Source of the DNA: Eledone cirrhosa
Taxonomy: Eukaryota
Length of the DNA stretch: 64,000 bases
NCBI GenBank assembly: GCA_964016885.1
Contig: OZ024742.1
Span: 65,906,001 to 65,970,000 of the forward strand
Reading direction: 5' to 3'
Part shown: piece by piece, positions 39,099 through 51,986 of the stretch
Layout of the letters: the number at the start of each line of letters is the position of its first letter
Numbering within the stretch: the stretch's first letter is position 1
Made by a program: the position numbers and the translations under genes
Notes under the pieces: model-generated
What the model was told of the DNA's origin: nothing
Seen by the model: the letters and a program-made list of their open reading frames with translations, nothing else
Databases searched by the model: none

Positions 39099-40818
39099 CA
39101 TGGTGTCAAGTCAGAACCGCCCCGAACTGGTTACTTCTGGCTTGTGCAAAGTGTCTCTATAGCAACCAGCGATTCCCTCGGCCTCAGTGACCAAAGTCAG
39201 TGGAGAGGGGAAGATAATATTTCTGTAGCACGTGTTTTAGCGTCTATTCACTCTCCCTCTCTCCCTCCCGCTATCCCCCTCTCGTAGTCTGTCTCTTTCT
39301 TTCACTCTCACTCTCTCTCTACGCACGTGTTTCCACTGTCGGACAGACAGACAGAGAAATTGCTGGTTATATATTATAAGTAGATAATTGAAACGCTCCA
39401 CCCATATTATGATATAAAATTTGGATACATCAGTTTCCAAGCACGGATAACTGATATCTCCTAATTATTTCCACATATATCCTCCTGTACATAACCTATC
39501 TCTTCCATCTTTTATCTTATTTCTCTGTCTATATTAGTCCTCCAGCAATTATCTCACTTTAATTTGTCCAATAATATATTCATGTACTTCTTTCACGTAC
39601 AATTTACCTCCCTTGTTTTTTTTAATCTCCTATATCGAAAACATCCTCCTTATATGTTTCTTCCTCTTCCATCACACAAAATAGAATCAATATAGTCTGA
39701 CCAACTGAAGAATGGTATCAGGGAACGTTATGTACGTCTAACGAAACACTTGTATCGAACTGGGGGGTATATAGATATTAATGTAATATCCATATACCTC
39801 AAACTTTTTTTACAGATTGAATGTTCTCCAAACTGTTGGTATTCCTTACTAAACTACAAACACCAAACACATATACGTGTTTGTGTGTGTATGTGTGCGT
39901 TGTTATGTGCATGTGCGTGTGTATGTGGTAATCAGATCAACTCAACCACTACAACCACTGTAATAAATATTATCACCCTTGCCATTATTCATCCTCTTTC
40001 TGCTACATTCTTTTGATTCCTTAATAATTGGATGAACCCAACAACCAACTAAATAACGCTTTGTTAAAAGCATGATCTTTAACTTTCTTTTCACCATAAA
40101 TATTGAGTGCATGTAATCCCTCTCCTAAATAGGTTATTTCGTATGGAAATACATCCATATAGTTAGCTATCTGTCGAGCCGCCGGTAGTGTATATATTTT
40201 ACCATAATTGTTCCATACATCGACTTGTACAATAGGCAGTTAATTCAAACTAATAACGAATAAGTTAGCAAAATTTAAACAGATATACTTAAAATACTAA
40301 TTATTACTACCTTTATAAAAACAACGATGATGCATTTAATACATAAATATATAATACAGAGAAGGGAAATATGGATATATTAGATCTGAAATTGTCGAAA
40401 TATTTAAAAGTCTAAAGTTCAAAGTAAACCACGATGCTTAAATTAGTAATAAAACGTAATCACAAATTAAATGAAATAATTACACTATATATTTAACCGA
40501 CATGTTTAAATTATAATGTGCCTAGGAAAGGAATAAGAAAAAGCAAAAAAAGAGTGGAAAAACAAAAAGAGATCAGCATGGAAAGAAAACTCCTATCGGT
40601 TATAAACTCTTACTAGAATGTTATTTAAAAAATAGAGTATGATTACTGTAGTAACCAAGTTACAGATGTAAGTCAAAGTATTGTGGCAGTTCATAGATAA
40701 TAGCGACTATATATATAGAAATAAATTAGAAGTGAGCATAACAATTTTTGTGTGCACATAGATGGCTAAAATGGCTCTTCTACAGAGTAATTGTTATACA
40801 CGTGCGTGCACACACACA

Positions 40819-40850
<32 letters not shown>

Positions 40851-40873
40851 CATTATATGTGGGTGGGGGTGTT

Positions 40874-41142
40874 GGAGGCGCGTGGCCAAGTTGTTACGGT
40901 GTTGAATTTACGATCATAATGTCAAGGGTTCAATTCCTGGACTGGGTTGTGTATTGTGTTCTTGAGCAAAACACTTCATTTCTTGTTGCTCCAGTACACT
41001 CAGCTGAAAATAAGTACCTGTAATTAGCTGAGATTTAACCTTGAGATGGACTGGCATCCTGTCCATGGAGGAGTCTTGTACTCTCAGTCGATTCACGCCA
41101 GGGAAACTGGGATAAGCACCGGTCTGACGAGCATCCGGGCTC
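40874..41142 (+). mobile_element. Second tRNA-derived SINE family (CORE-like)
   Basis: A-box TGGCCAAGTTG, B-box GGTTCAATTCC, TGTGTTCTTGAGCAAAACACTTCA. Confidence 0.75.
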
Positions 41143-41160
41143 GAGACAGACAGACAGACA

Positions 41161-41763
<603 letters not shown>

Positions 41764-42279
41764 CTGTGTCTGTATGTGTGCTACTCAGCACTGTTGGCTG
41801 CTACCTAATGTTTCAAATCCTAAACCTGCACAGGGCATGGTGACACGATCCATGTCAGTTGTTGATTAAAGTTCATATATAAACAAACACGCTTATATGT
41901 GGGAAAGTGAAATGGATTGCATAATAATAGTTCACTTAATTTATTGACTACATGAAATGGATTTCTTCCTTTCTTCGTAAACAAAAAGTGTCAGCTATTA
42001 ACCTCCGGATATCGCTTAAAGTGAATATAAGGTAACGACGAAGAAGCTTTCCTACATGGTCCATCGGGCTATTAGAAATAGCAGCCTGCTATATTTCTTC
42101 TAGCATACACTTCATATTTTTGTTGGCTTTCAGATAATTGGCATCATTACCAGCATACATATGTATTCCCTGATATACATTATTTTTTTGAGATATCAAT
42201 GCTGGTTCCATGCATTTATTTATTTCAACATTTGTTTAAGAATAAAATCTCACACAGGGTGTATAACATTACATGTAAT

Positions 42280-43515
42280 GATTAGGCTTATTTTATGCTC
42301 GTCTTTTTTTCTCTGTAACTCATTTTAAATATTAATTGCATTCCTTCAAGTATTCCGATCGTTGAAATTAACACGTCAAAACAGCACTTTTGCCAAATAT
42401 ATTTCTATGAGCTTAAACTCAACTGCACTGCAGCACAAATGGCTAGAAACACCAACAAAGTTCGGAAACAAAAAATGGCAATACGTACACAATGCAGCAT
42501 TGATTTCAAAATTTCTATTGCGTTGAACTCACTCATAACTATAAGGAATGTCGTGTACCTCCTCTCATTGAACACGATGAATTGAAAACTTTGGTGGAAG
42601 AATATCTTCGCACAACTGATCGAGAGCTAGCAGCAGAGCTAAATCAAGCATTAGAATAATTTCTGAAGATTTGGAAATTCGAAGAAGTTTGAAAAATATG
42701 TGCAACACAAAATGACAAACAACCAGAAAAGCGCCGTTATGTTGTTTACCCTTCGCTTTTTTTGAGCAAACAAAAATGATCTATTTCTTTATCGATTGTG
42801 ACGGCGAGGAAAAGTGGCTGTTCCCCAACTATTGACAAGGATCAGTACTGAGTTTGGACGACGATGAGGCCCCTAAACCCTTTCAAACCCGTAATTGCAC
42901 TAAAACAGGTCCTGGTGATTCTTTGTGGGTACACAACCGGAATCGTCCCCTATAGTTGTTTGAAACTTGGCAACAACATCACAGCAGAGAATTATATTCA
43001 CGAAATATATGAAATACTTCAAACAAATTGCAGCGTATATGTCAAATATTGCGGAATAGAAAAGCACCATCCCTCTTGAACGACAACGCTCGACCACACA
43101 TCGGACATCCAGCGCTTCAGATGGTGACCGCATTGCGCTACGAAACTATACCTCAGTCAGTTCATTTAGCGGATGATTCACTAGCCGATTACGAATTTTG
43201 CAAACACTTCGACAACTTCTTGCAAGGAAAAAGCTTCAACAACCAAACAACCATAAAATATGCCTTCGAAAAATTCGTCGCCTCCCCAACCTCGGAATTC
43301 TATGTTACCGGAATATATAACTTTGATAACATTGATAGGTTTCGGCCAGTATTGGCCCAGGCCATGTCTAACTTAATAGCACCAACTGGCAATATAAACA
43401 GGCATTTCATTGTCAAAAATGTGTAAATTCTAAAGGTTTTTATTTAGATCAATAAAATTTATTCTGAACTATATCTCATTCAAACACCTTCATTAACTTC
43501 TGAACAATCTGATAA
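42280..43515 (+). mobile_element. Decayed mariner transposon
   Basis: ELKTLVEE..RTTDRELA, IVT..EKW, GNNITAENY, LLNDNARPH, LADYEFCKHFDNFLQGKSF. Confidence 0.85.
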
Positions 43516-44020
43516 TATCAGAAGATAGCCACGGCTGAACTATCTTTCACCATTAAATCGATTAAGACTAACCTTGATCTAAACAACGAGGCTAACCTAG
43601 ACTCAAACAAAAACTTTTGTACACACCTTAGAATATTTTTCCAAATCACTTCGTACAATATACTGTATATGAATGTAGTCGCTGTTGTACACATAGATGT
43701 GGTAGAGACGGATAGGTCGCTTCTCCTCAATATTTCAGTTCGATAAAGGCTAATTTGGAAATATAACATAGCTATCCTCGAGATAAATTGCAACCACTAT
43801 AGTATATTGAATATATTTTATTCTAAAATAGGAGCTGCACACATTTCAAATCACACATTTTCAGCCTTAAGAACGAAGATACACATTAAACAATGTAGAA
43901 CGTAAACTCAAATATACAGAATGACAAGGTGGTTATGGCTGAAACTTTGGTTTCAATTGAGGGTTAGCCTGAGACTAAACAACCAGAGAGGGAGAGAGAG
44001 GGAGAGAGAGAGAAGGGGAG

Positions 44021-44072
44021 AGAGAGGTAAAATCCCCACCGCTTGGCGCGGTGGTCGAGATTTTACCTCTCT
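44021..44072. repeat. Interrupted hairpin between GA-rich tracts
   Basis: AGAGAGGTAAAATC..CCACCGC/GCGGTGG..GATTTTACCTCTCT. Confidence 0.7.
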
Positions 44073-44168
44073 CTATACCCACTCTGCATCTCCCCATGCG
44101 TTCAGTAATCCCATAATTAGTGATATCCGGTCTCAGCACCGTAGACACACTCTGTCTCTATTCCCCCC

Positions 44169-44271
<103 letters not shown>

Positions 44272-44483
44272 GTACATATGTACATATATATGTATATATA
44301 TGTACACATGTACATATATATGTATATATGTGAGAAATTAAATTTCGTTTCATTCTTTTCTATTTATCGTTTTCGGTGCACCCGGCCGACTAACTCAGTC
44401 GATATGCAAATTAGGCTGCTCAGACGTTAATATGCAAGGAAAGTATATACTTTCAGACATTCAATCAGCTGGCAGGAAGGTAT

Positions 44484-44526
44484 ACGGTGCTGACGATAGC
44501 TAATAAGCTTGAAACTAGTACATCGT
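44484..44526 (+). ncRNA. Minimal type I hammerhead, copy 1
   Basis: ACGGTG-CTGACGA-tAGCTaataAGCTt-GAAACTAGTA-CATCGT; GUA triplet; palindromic ACTAGT stem III. Confidence 0.85.
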
Positions 44527-44925
44527 TCCTGTGTCAGTGTTGAACAAAAAGGCGACGATGGTTGCCTGAACACTGTACGGCGTAATTCGGGCTGTTTGCT
44601 TGTTTACAAACAAACCGAACATTATAATAAATGTTGGGTAAACCCATACGTACATATATATATATATGTGTTTATGTATGTATATATATATATATATACA
44701 TACTACTGTACGTCTGTATACATATATGTATGTACGTATACATAAATACTTACATCAGCCGTACTAAGATTGCGAAATGAAATTTCGTTTCATTCTCTTC
44801 CATTTATCGTTTTCGGTACGCCCGGCCGACTAACTCACTCGATATGCAAATTAGGCTGCTCAGCCGTTAATATGCATAAGGAAAGTATATACTTTCAGAC
44901 ATTCAATCATCTGGCAGGAAGGTAT

Positions 44926-44968
44926 ACGATGCTGACGATAGCTAATAAGCTTGAAACTAGTACATCGT
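44926..44968 (+). ncRNA. Minimal type I hammerhead, copy 2
   Basis: ACGATG/CATCGT perfect 6-bp stem I, same core. Confidence 0.88.
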
Positions 44969-44980
44969 TCCTTTGTCAGT

Positions 44981-45176
<196 letters not shown>

Positions 45177-45579
45177 AGAATGAGAGAACGACATAGGGAA
45201 GAAAAGGAACGAAAACGAAGTATAGAAAATCGAACGTGAACGAAAGAAAAGGCTCGTTGTAGATAGATTAGGATAAGATATAATGTTAATTGGATGCATG
45301 TGGAGAAACAGAGAAACAGGACGAGAAATACGGGAAAAGAAAGTCTGAAATATAAGGGGGTGGGTTGAAGATTATTGATAAGAGAATAGGAAAAAAGGCG
45401 AATAACACACACACACATACAGACACACACACATACTCACCCACTCACTATGCTCGTCAGAACGGAATAAATGATTCCTCGTGTTTTAACGAACACACGT
45501 TCTAATAACTATCTATATATATATATACCCAGACGTATATAGAAGCATGTGAATATCTGAATATACATACCTATATATA

Positions 45580-45725
45580 TAAATGGGAATGGATGCAGTT
45601 AAATCCTGGTTAGATCATTCCTCACCAGAGTACTCGACACTTGCAGTAGTAGAGTGTAGTAAAAGCTTTGAACTAGCTAGCTGTTAAAACGGCAAGAGCT
45701 CAGCCGTCGGTGTCCCGACCCTTTC

Positions 45726-45730
<5 letters not shown>
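45580..45730. mobile_element. Diverged F1 copy
   Basis: CCAGAGTACTCGACACTTGCAGTAGTAGAGTG tail plus AAACGGC-AAGAGCTCA-GCCGTC-GGTGTC. Confidence 0.65.
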
Positions 45731-45779
<49 letters not shown>

Positions 45780-46153
45780 AATGGCGATTTCTGTCTGTGT
45801 ATCTGTGTATAACCAGTTGGCGCCTACACCAGTGACCCAATCCTAACGAAACTTTACGCACATATTAAGCTAATATTCAGAAACAGGATTGTACTAAAAA
45901 TCAATAATGGAACGCCTGGCAACATCTTTACAATGGATGAGGAAAGAAAAGAAGTTTCAGTGAGAGAGAGGGAAGAGGAGATGCTACTACTGTATGTTAA
46001 ACCCTCCCTCCCACAACTCAGTCCTCCAAAAATGAGGCAATAACTTATTGGAAATATACATAAAGTAATTTCAAACAAAGCAGACGACAATCTAAATTTG
46101 GTTGACGACTGAACAAATGTCTATGTATATATATATATATATATATATATTAA

Positions 46154-46445
46154 TTTAAAATTTATAAGGGTATTAGAATGAAATAGTATGGTAGAATATT
46201 AAATGTTAAGTGTTAATTGAACAAGTACTTTCATGCTTGCAATCTTGAAAATTGTAAACTTGACTGTCACCACACAATAAGAACCTGAAGATTGCGAAAG
46301 CATGAAAGTACTTGTTCAATTAACACTTAACGTTTAATATTCTACCATACTATTTCATTCTAATACCATTATAAATTTTAAAGGATTGTAAATAAAACTA
46401 GTAAATCAGACAAAGTTGGAATTCCTTTTATTAATATAATCTTCT
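46154..46445 (+). mobile_element. Fold-back element: about 93-bp arms, 41-bp spacer, about 63-bp tail
   Basis: 46154-46246 inverts 46288-46382; TA-flanked. Confidence 0.85.
46281..46317 (+). ncRNA. Minimal hammerhead
   Basis: GAAC-CTGAAGA-tTGCgaaaGCAt-GAAA-GTAC-TT-GTTC; palindromic GTAC loop. Confidence 0.75.
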
Positions 46446-46474
46446 ATACACAATCATACACACCCGTGTATATA

Positions 46475-46574
<100 letters not shown>

Positions 46575-47851
46575 ATCCACTGATATGGATTCTGAACACG
46601 TGCACACGCTTAGGTCACATTTAGATCAACTGCAGGATGATAAGTTAGAAAAAAAGGGATGATCAATGACCTGGAAGTTGGCTTAGCATGCTATTAGTCC
46701 GAAAAATAAAACCCAAATCGTATGTTGACGAATATTCGTATTCCCGGCATGTTAATTGTAACATGCCGTCTTTAAGAGTAAAGTTTATTTTGTCGATATT
46801 TCGAGGTGTCGGATCATGGCAAGATTAACACGAATTAAGAAGATGTAACTTCTCCCCCATTATTGACACTTTGCAACAGTGAACGTTACAAGGCTGTCTT
46901 TAGGGCCAAGACTTCTGATAATTTATCCGTCTTATTATGGTGTGTTTTCTCGGGTTATGTCTACTATAGACGGAAAATGGGATGGTTTTATTGAATGGCT
47001 TCAGTCATTCTAAGAGCTTTACAAACGGCATTTTCAGGCGCACTCTGGGAACTGCGTATAACCCCACCTCGGGTATTATCGGGTACTGCAGCTAGTATAT
47101 ATATATAAAGCGACACGGCATGTGCAACCAGTGACATTTCATTATGTTACGCATAGAGAATATGTCCCACGACTGAGCGGCATTAGGTCAGATAGTCAGT
47201 ATCATATTTAAACAAAAGGCAAGGAATTCGATGTAGAATATTACATCAAAAACACTTCTCCAATGTTAATATGGAAAACAGACGCGAAAACATCGATAAA
47301 GACAAGGATATTGTATAATGTACGCGTTTATATGTTAGTGATTATGATGTTGGTGGAAAATAAAATCATCAGCAGCATCATAGAAGTTTTGTTTAATTAT
47401 GACTGTCAATCTAATTACTTCAACTAGCCTATTAGTCTAATTGCAAGCATTTCTATGCTTTCATCGAATTTATAACACTCGACCATAGTTATCAGAACAT
47501 GCGGACGATAAAACACATATATACACTCAATAACTCAGAAAACCACCGGCACATATGCTTACATAGATTATCTACCAAGTCAACATGTTTTTATATGTCT
47601 TTTATGAACACACATTTACATATTGGTATATATGTCATGTATATATACATACGTATATATATTTCGGTTTTGTATTTGTTTTGTAAGATATTTGATGTGA
47701 AAACGGGTGTTGAGCAGATATTGTTATACTTTGAGAGGATCATGATGGCAATAAACACACACACACACATATATATACATGCATATATACATAATCATAT
47801 ATATATATATGTATATATATATGCACGTATGTATATGTACATATACATACG

Positions 47852-47915
<64 letters not shown>

Positions 47916-48336
47916 CATATATATGTATACATATGAATACATATACGTATATGTATATGTATATATACATATGCGTATATGTATTCATATATATATATAT
48001 ATATATATGTATATGTGTGTGTGTGTAATTGTATGTGCATTGTATATATATATTCATACTCACACATATATGCATAAACATGTATATACAATTATGTACA
48101 CTCAATGTTTATCGATAAAAAACGTTTGTGAACGAAACAGCCATTGCACATTGCTTGTTAATTAAATTTTTGTTGGAGATCTACAAGATATGGAATGTGA
48201 GAAAACTGCAATTAGCTGCATTCCTGTGTAGGTTTTGATGCGGCATGCTTAAAATGCTCTAATTGTACCTCCTTATGCGAACACATTTGTAAATGAACAT
48301 GTGTATATCGGCACCCAATTTTATCTGGCATATTGC

Positions 48337-48384
<48 letters not shown>

Positions 48385-48394
<10 letters not shown>

Positions 48395-48504
48395 GAATAA
48401 ATGCATACACGTATACATCCATGTACAGACATAAACATACACACAAACACACACATATATGTATATATATGTATAATATCATATGATATAATATAACATA
48501 TATG

Positions 48505-48540
<36 letters not shown>

Positions 48541-48677
48541 AATTATATATATACATATATATATATAGATATATATATAATTATATATATATATAAATTC
48601 ATATATATATGTATATATACATATATATAAATGCATGTATATATATATTCATATATTTATCAATTTATATATATATA

Positions 48678-48745
<68 letters not shown>

Positions 48746-48917
48746 TTTATATATGTAGGTATATATTCATATATATATATATATAATTATATATATATAT
48801 ATATAATACATATATGTGATATTATATATATATATATACATATATGTGTGTGTGTTTGTGTGTGTTTTTATGTCTGTACATGGATGTATACGTGTATCCA
48901 TTTATTCATACATACAT
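48385..48917. repeat. Large imperfect inverted duplication of low-complexity DNA
   Basis: ATGAATAAATGCATACACGTATACATCCATGTACAGACATAAA inverts TTTATGTCTGTACATGGATGTATACGTGTATCCATTTATTCAT. Confidence 0.85.
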
Positions 48918-49298
48918 GCACACTCATGCACTTGAGGTTTTTACCTATGTGTGTATACATACATACGGGCTAACCTTCATAATTACGAGATTTCAGGCAT
49001 GTGGGAATCGAGTAGGGTAGATATTAGTTTGATAAGCATTACGTACATTCATACTGGTATATAATTATAATATATATATCCATTCTTCCAGTTATCCACA
49101 CACGCACGCACAAAAGCACACATTCTCTTATATATAATCTCATTTGTGGAATGTTGAAACATAATATATTTAATTTATTTTCATTCCTCAGTCCTTTTCC
49201 TTTCTCCCTTCTCTCGCTCTACATATATAAAATGTATATATGTATGTCTCTCTCTCTCTCTATGCACGTACACACGCACACACACACATATATATATA

Positions 49299-49340
<42 letters not shown>

Positions 49341-49888
49341 ATATTGATATACATGTGTATATATAAATATCAAAGAGAATATAACCCATATTATATAGTT
49401 CCATGGGTTAGATACGAAAAATCACAATGGAAATGCAGCGCATAATTTCTATATTGACATAGTTATAAAAAAAGATATATATATTACGATGCATATATTA
49501 CATTGAACATCAAAACATTCCTGAAGCAATTGGCTTTGTCGTGTTTAAATATGAACCATCTGCAGCGAGAGTAGAAACAGAAACGATGAATTTTACAGCA
49601 GTTCTCGCATATATAAGAATAATTCGGTTAAGTCCATAAATTTACCTACTGATACACGACAACTCAAAACCGATCCATCGTTTATGAATGACTAAGCAAT
49701 AAAATAGAAAGAAGTTTGGAATAAATTCGTGGCACATTTATTTTGAAATCCAGATACATGACTGGCGGATCTATCTCAGTTGTTTTCTTGTCTATGTTTT
49801 CATATATATTTATATATTTATGAAACATATGTAATATGTTATTAAATATGTTATGATGCAACACTGATTCTTTACTCCTTTATTCTTA

Positions 49889-50004
<116 letters not shown>

Positions 50005-50144
50005 GTTAGACACGCAGTGATTAACAACAGAGTGTTTTAAGTCTGCGTGTCTGACATATATACGTAGCTTGTGAATAAACAAATCAAGGGGTGTCGCTGG
50101 CCGTGGTGGTGATCGCTGCCAGAAACATGCTTTGTCATGTATTG

Positions 50145-50306
50145 TCTTATTGGCTAATTTCATCGTTTTATTGGCTAATCAACCAACGAGAGTAATTGTT
50201 GCTCAAAAGCATCCGCCATTTTGTTTGCATGTTTATTTATCGTTTCGCTTTCGAATCTTCCTCCTTTCGTCTTTTATCATCAAAACATTTTTCTCGCTTT
50301 GGTAAG
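50145..50306 (+). promoter_or_regulatory. Candidate Pol II promoter and first exon
   Basis: TTATTGGCTAAT twice (ATTGG at 50149 and 50170), YY1-like CCGCCATTTT 50213-50222, donor-like G|GTAAG at 50301/50302. Confidence 0.45.
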
Positions 50307-50743
50307 GTATATTGTTAATTTATATATGATTTTTTAAATTTATATTAACTTTTTTTTTTCAGTTCGTTATAACATGCTTATAATATTGGATGTATCATAT
50401 TTACTTGTAAATGTTATTGTTCGTTTTATGTTAGATTATTTTATTATTATTATGTTAGATTATTTTTTTATTATTATGTTAGACTATTTGTATGTAATAT
50501 TTAATTTTTATTAATCCAACTATAACAATTATTATGTAAAATATATTTAATTAATATTGATTTTTTTTGTAGTTGTTTATATTAAAAGTCTGAAAATATT
50601 TTTATACATCTTACAATAATATTTATAAGATCATTTATAAAATATCAATTAGATAATCTAATTACATTACAACGATAATTTATTATTAATATATATCATG
50701 TTTAACTAGAGTTATTACAAGCGTTGCCTTAAAAAAATATTAA

Positions 50744-51155
50744 ACTAGACCTGAAAAATGCGCAAGCTCAAAAGAGCTTGAAAAGTGTGGGACTAGAGTT
50801 GTTGCTCCAAAATATTGTAATCATTATCTATCGTACACTCTGTGGCACCCTGAGACTCATAACGAACTCAAGACGACACGATAATTATTTAAGTGAATTT
50901 ATAATATAGAATTCGGTTTAAGTGCATTTCGTATTAATTATTACTAAACTTCAAATATGAGATATTGAACATTAGCTTAAATAATTATCGTGTCTTCTTG
51001 AGTTCGTTATGAGTCTTTTTTTATAAAAGGTTGCCACAGTGTGTACGATAGATAATGATGACAATATTTTTTAGCAACAACTCTAGTCCCAGACTTTTGA
51101 AGGTTTATTATAACATTCTGTGGCTCATTGAGCTTGCGCATTTTTCAAGTCTAGT
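50744..51155. mobile_element. MITE-like element with about 150-180 bp TIRs
   Basis: ACTAGAC(C/T)TGAAAAATGCGCAAGCTCA...ATAATTATTTAAG (50744-50893) inverted at 50976-51155. Confidence 0.8.
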
Positions 51156-51200
51156 ATATATATATATATATATATAAATATACATAAACCGCCCCCCCCC

Positions 51201-51246
<46 letters not shown>

Positions 51247-51288
51247 ATGATATTAAATAAATGGAAACTATATTAATAAAATCATATT

Positions 51289-51349
51289 TATTCTATTATA
51301 TATATTTCAAGGGTACCACAACTTTGGTACGCTCTCATCAGATAAAATA
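51289..51349 (-). ncRNA. Minimal hammerhead, left arm
   Basis: Reverse complement of 51445-51504; stem II GTACCA/TGGTAC. Confidence 0.78.
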
Positions 51350-51444
51350 CAAAGTTTGTTTTATAAATATTGACATATCCAGGAAGAAGATATTAACGGT
51401 TCAAGTTTTACCTGGATATGTCAAAATTTATAAAACAAACTTTG

Positions 51445-51504
51445 TATTTTATCTGATGAGAGCGTGCCAAATTTTGGTACCCTTGAAATATATATAATAG
51501 AATA
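51445..51504 (+). ncRNA. Minimal hammerhead, right arm
   Basis: TATTTTAT-CTGATGA-stem II-GAAA-T-ATAT-A-TA-ATAGAATA; 8-bp stem I with one GU pair. Confidence 0.8.
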
Positions 51505-51651
51505 AATATGATTTTATAAATATAGTTTCCATTTATTTAATATCATTGATATTATACTCCAGAAAACCTGTTGAGCGTTTCGAATAAACATATATATTTG
51601 TTATAAACTTATATATTTGTTGAATTAGCAACAAATTAAATATCCCTTTTG

Positions 51652-51700
<49 letters not shown>

Positions 51701-51707
<7 letters not shown>

Positions 51708-51935
51708 TTTAATAAACAACATAAGGCATTTATTCCATTTAATCGCTCATCAGAATGAACATTTAATATATTAAATGTTCATTCTGATGAGCGATTTCAG
51801 ACATCTCTATTGAGCTCGCCTGTCTTCGTGAAACCTTTGGTAAATGGAATAATTGTCTGATGCTGTTTATTACATAATTAAATAGCTCTGTAGCATACAT
51901 AGAGCAGCACTCTCCCTTCCTACTCGAAATACTTC

Positions 51936-51936
<1 letters not shown>
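51701..51936 (+). mobile_element. Family F3 fold-back element; left arm lacks most of stem II-III
   Basis: Perfect inner palindrome 51741-51796, outer arms 51701-51741 and 51841-51880, tail shared with 56340-56400. Confidence 0.82.
51778..51848 (+). ncRNA. Type I hammerhead with extended stem II
   Basis: TTCATT-CTGATGA-GCGA..AGACA/TGTCT.TCGT-GAAACC-ttt-GGTA-AATGGA; GUA triplet. Confidence 0.8.

Positions 51937-51986
<50 letters not shown>

Larger units (their letters stand above)
44331..44980 (+). mobile_element. Tandem direct repeat (about 208 bp twice, period about 442 bp), one hammerhead per unit; retrozyme or tandem pLTR-like
   Basis: 44331-44538 matches 44771-44980. Confidence 0.85.
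51241..51590 (+). mobile_element. Fold-back element: about 142-bp arms, 27-bp spacer, about 38-bp tail, hammerhead in both arms
   Basis: 51241-51383 inverts 51411-51552. Confidence 0.88.
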
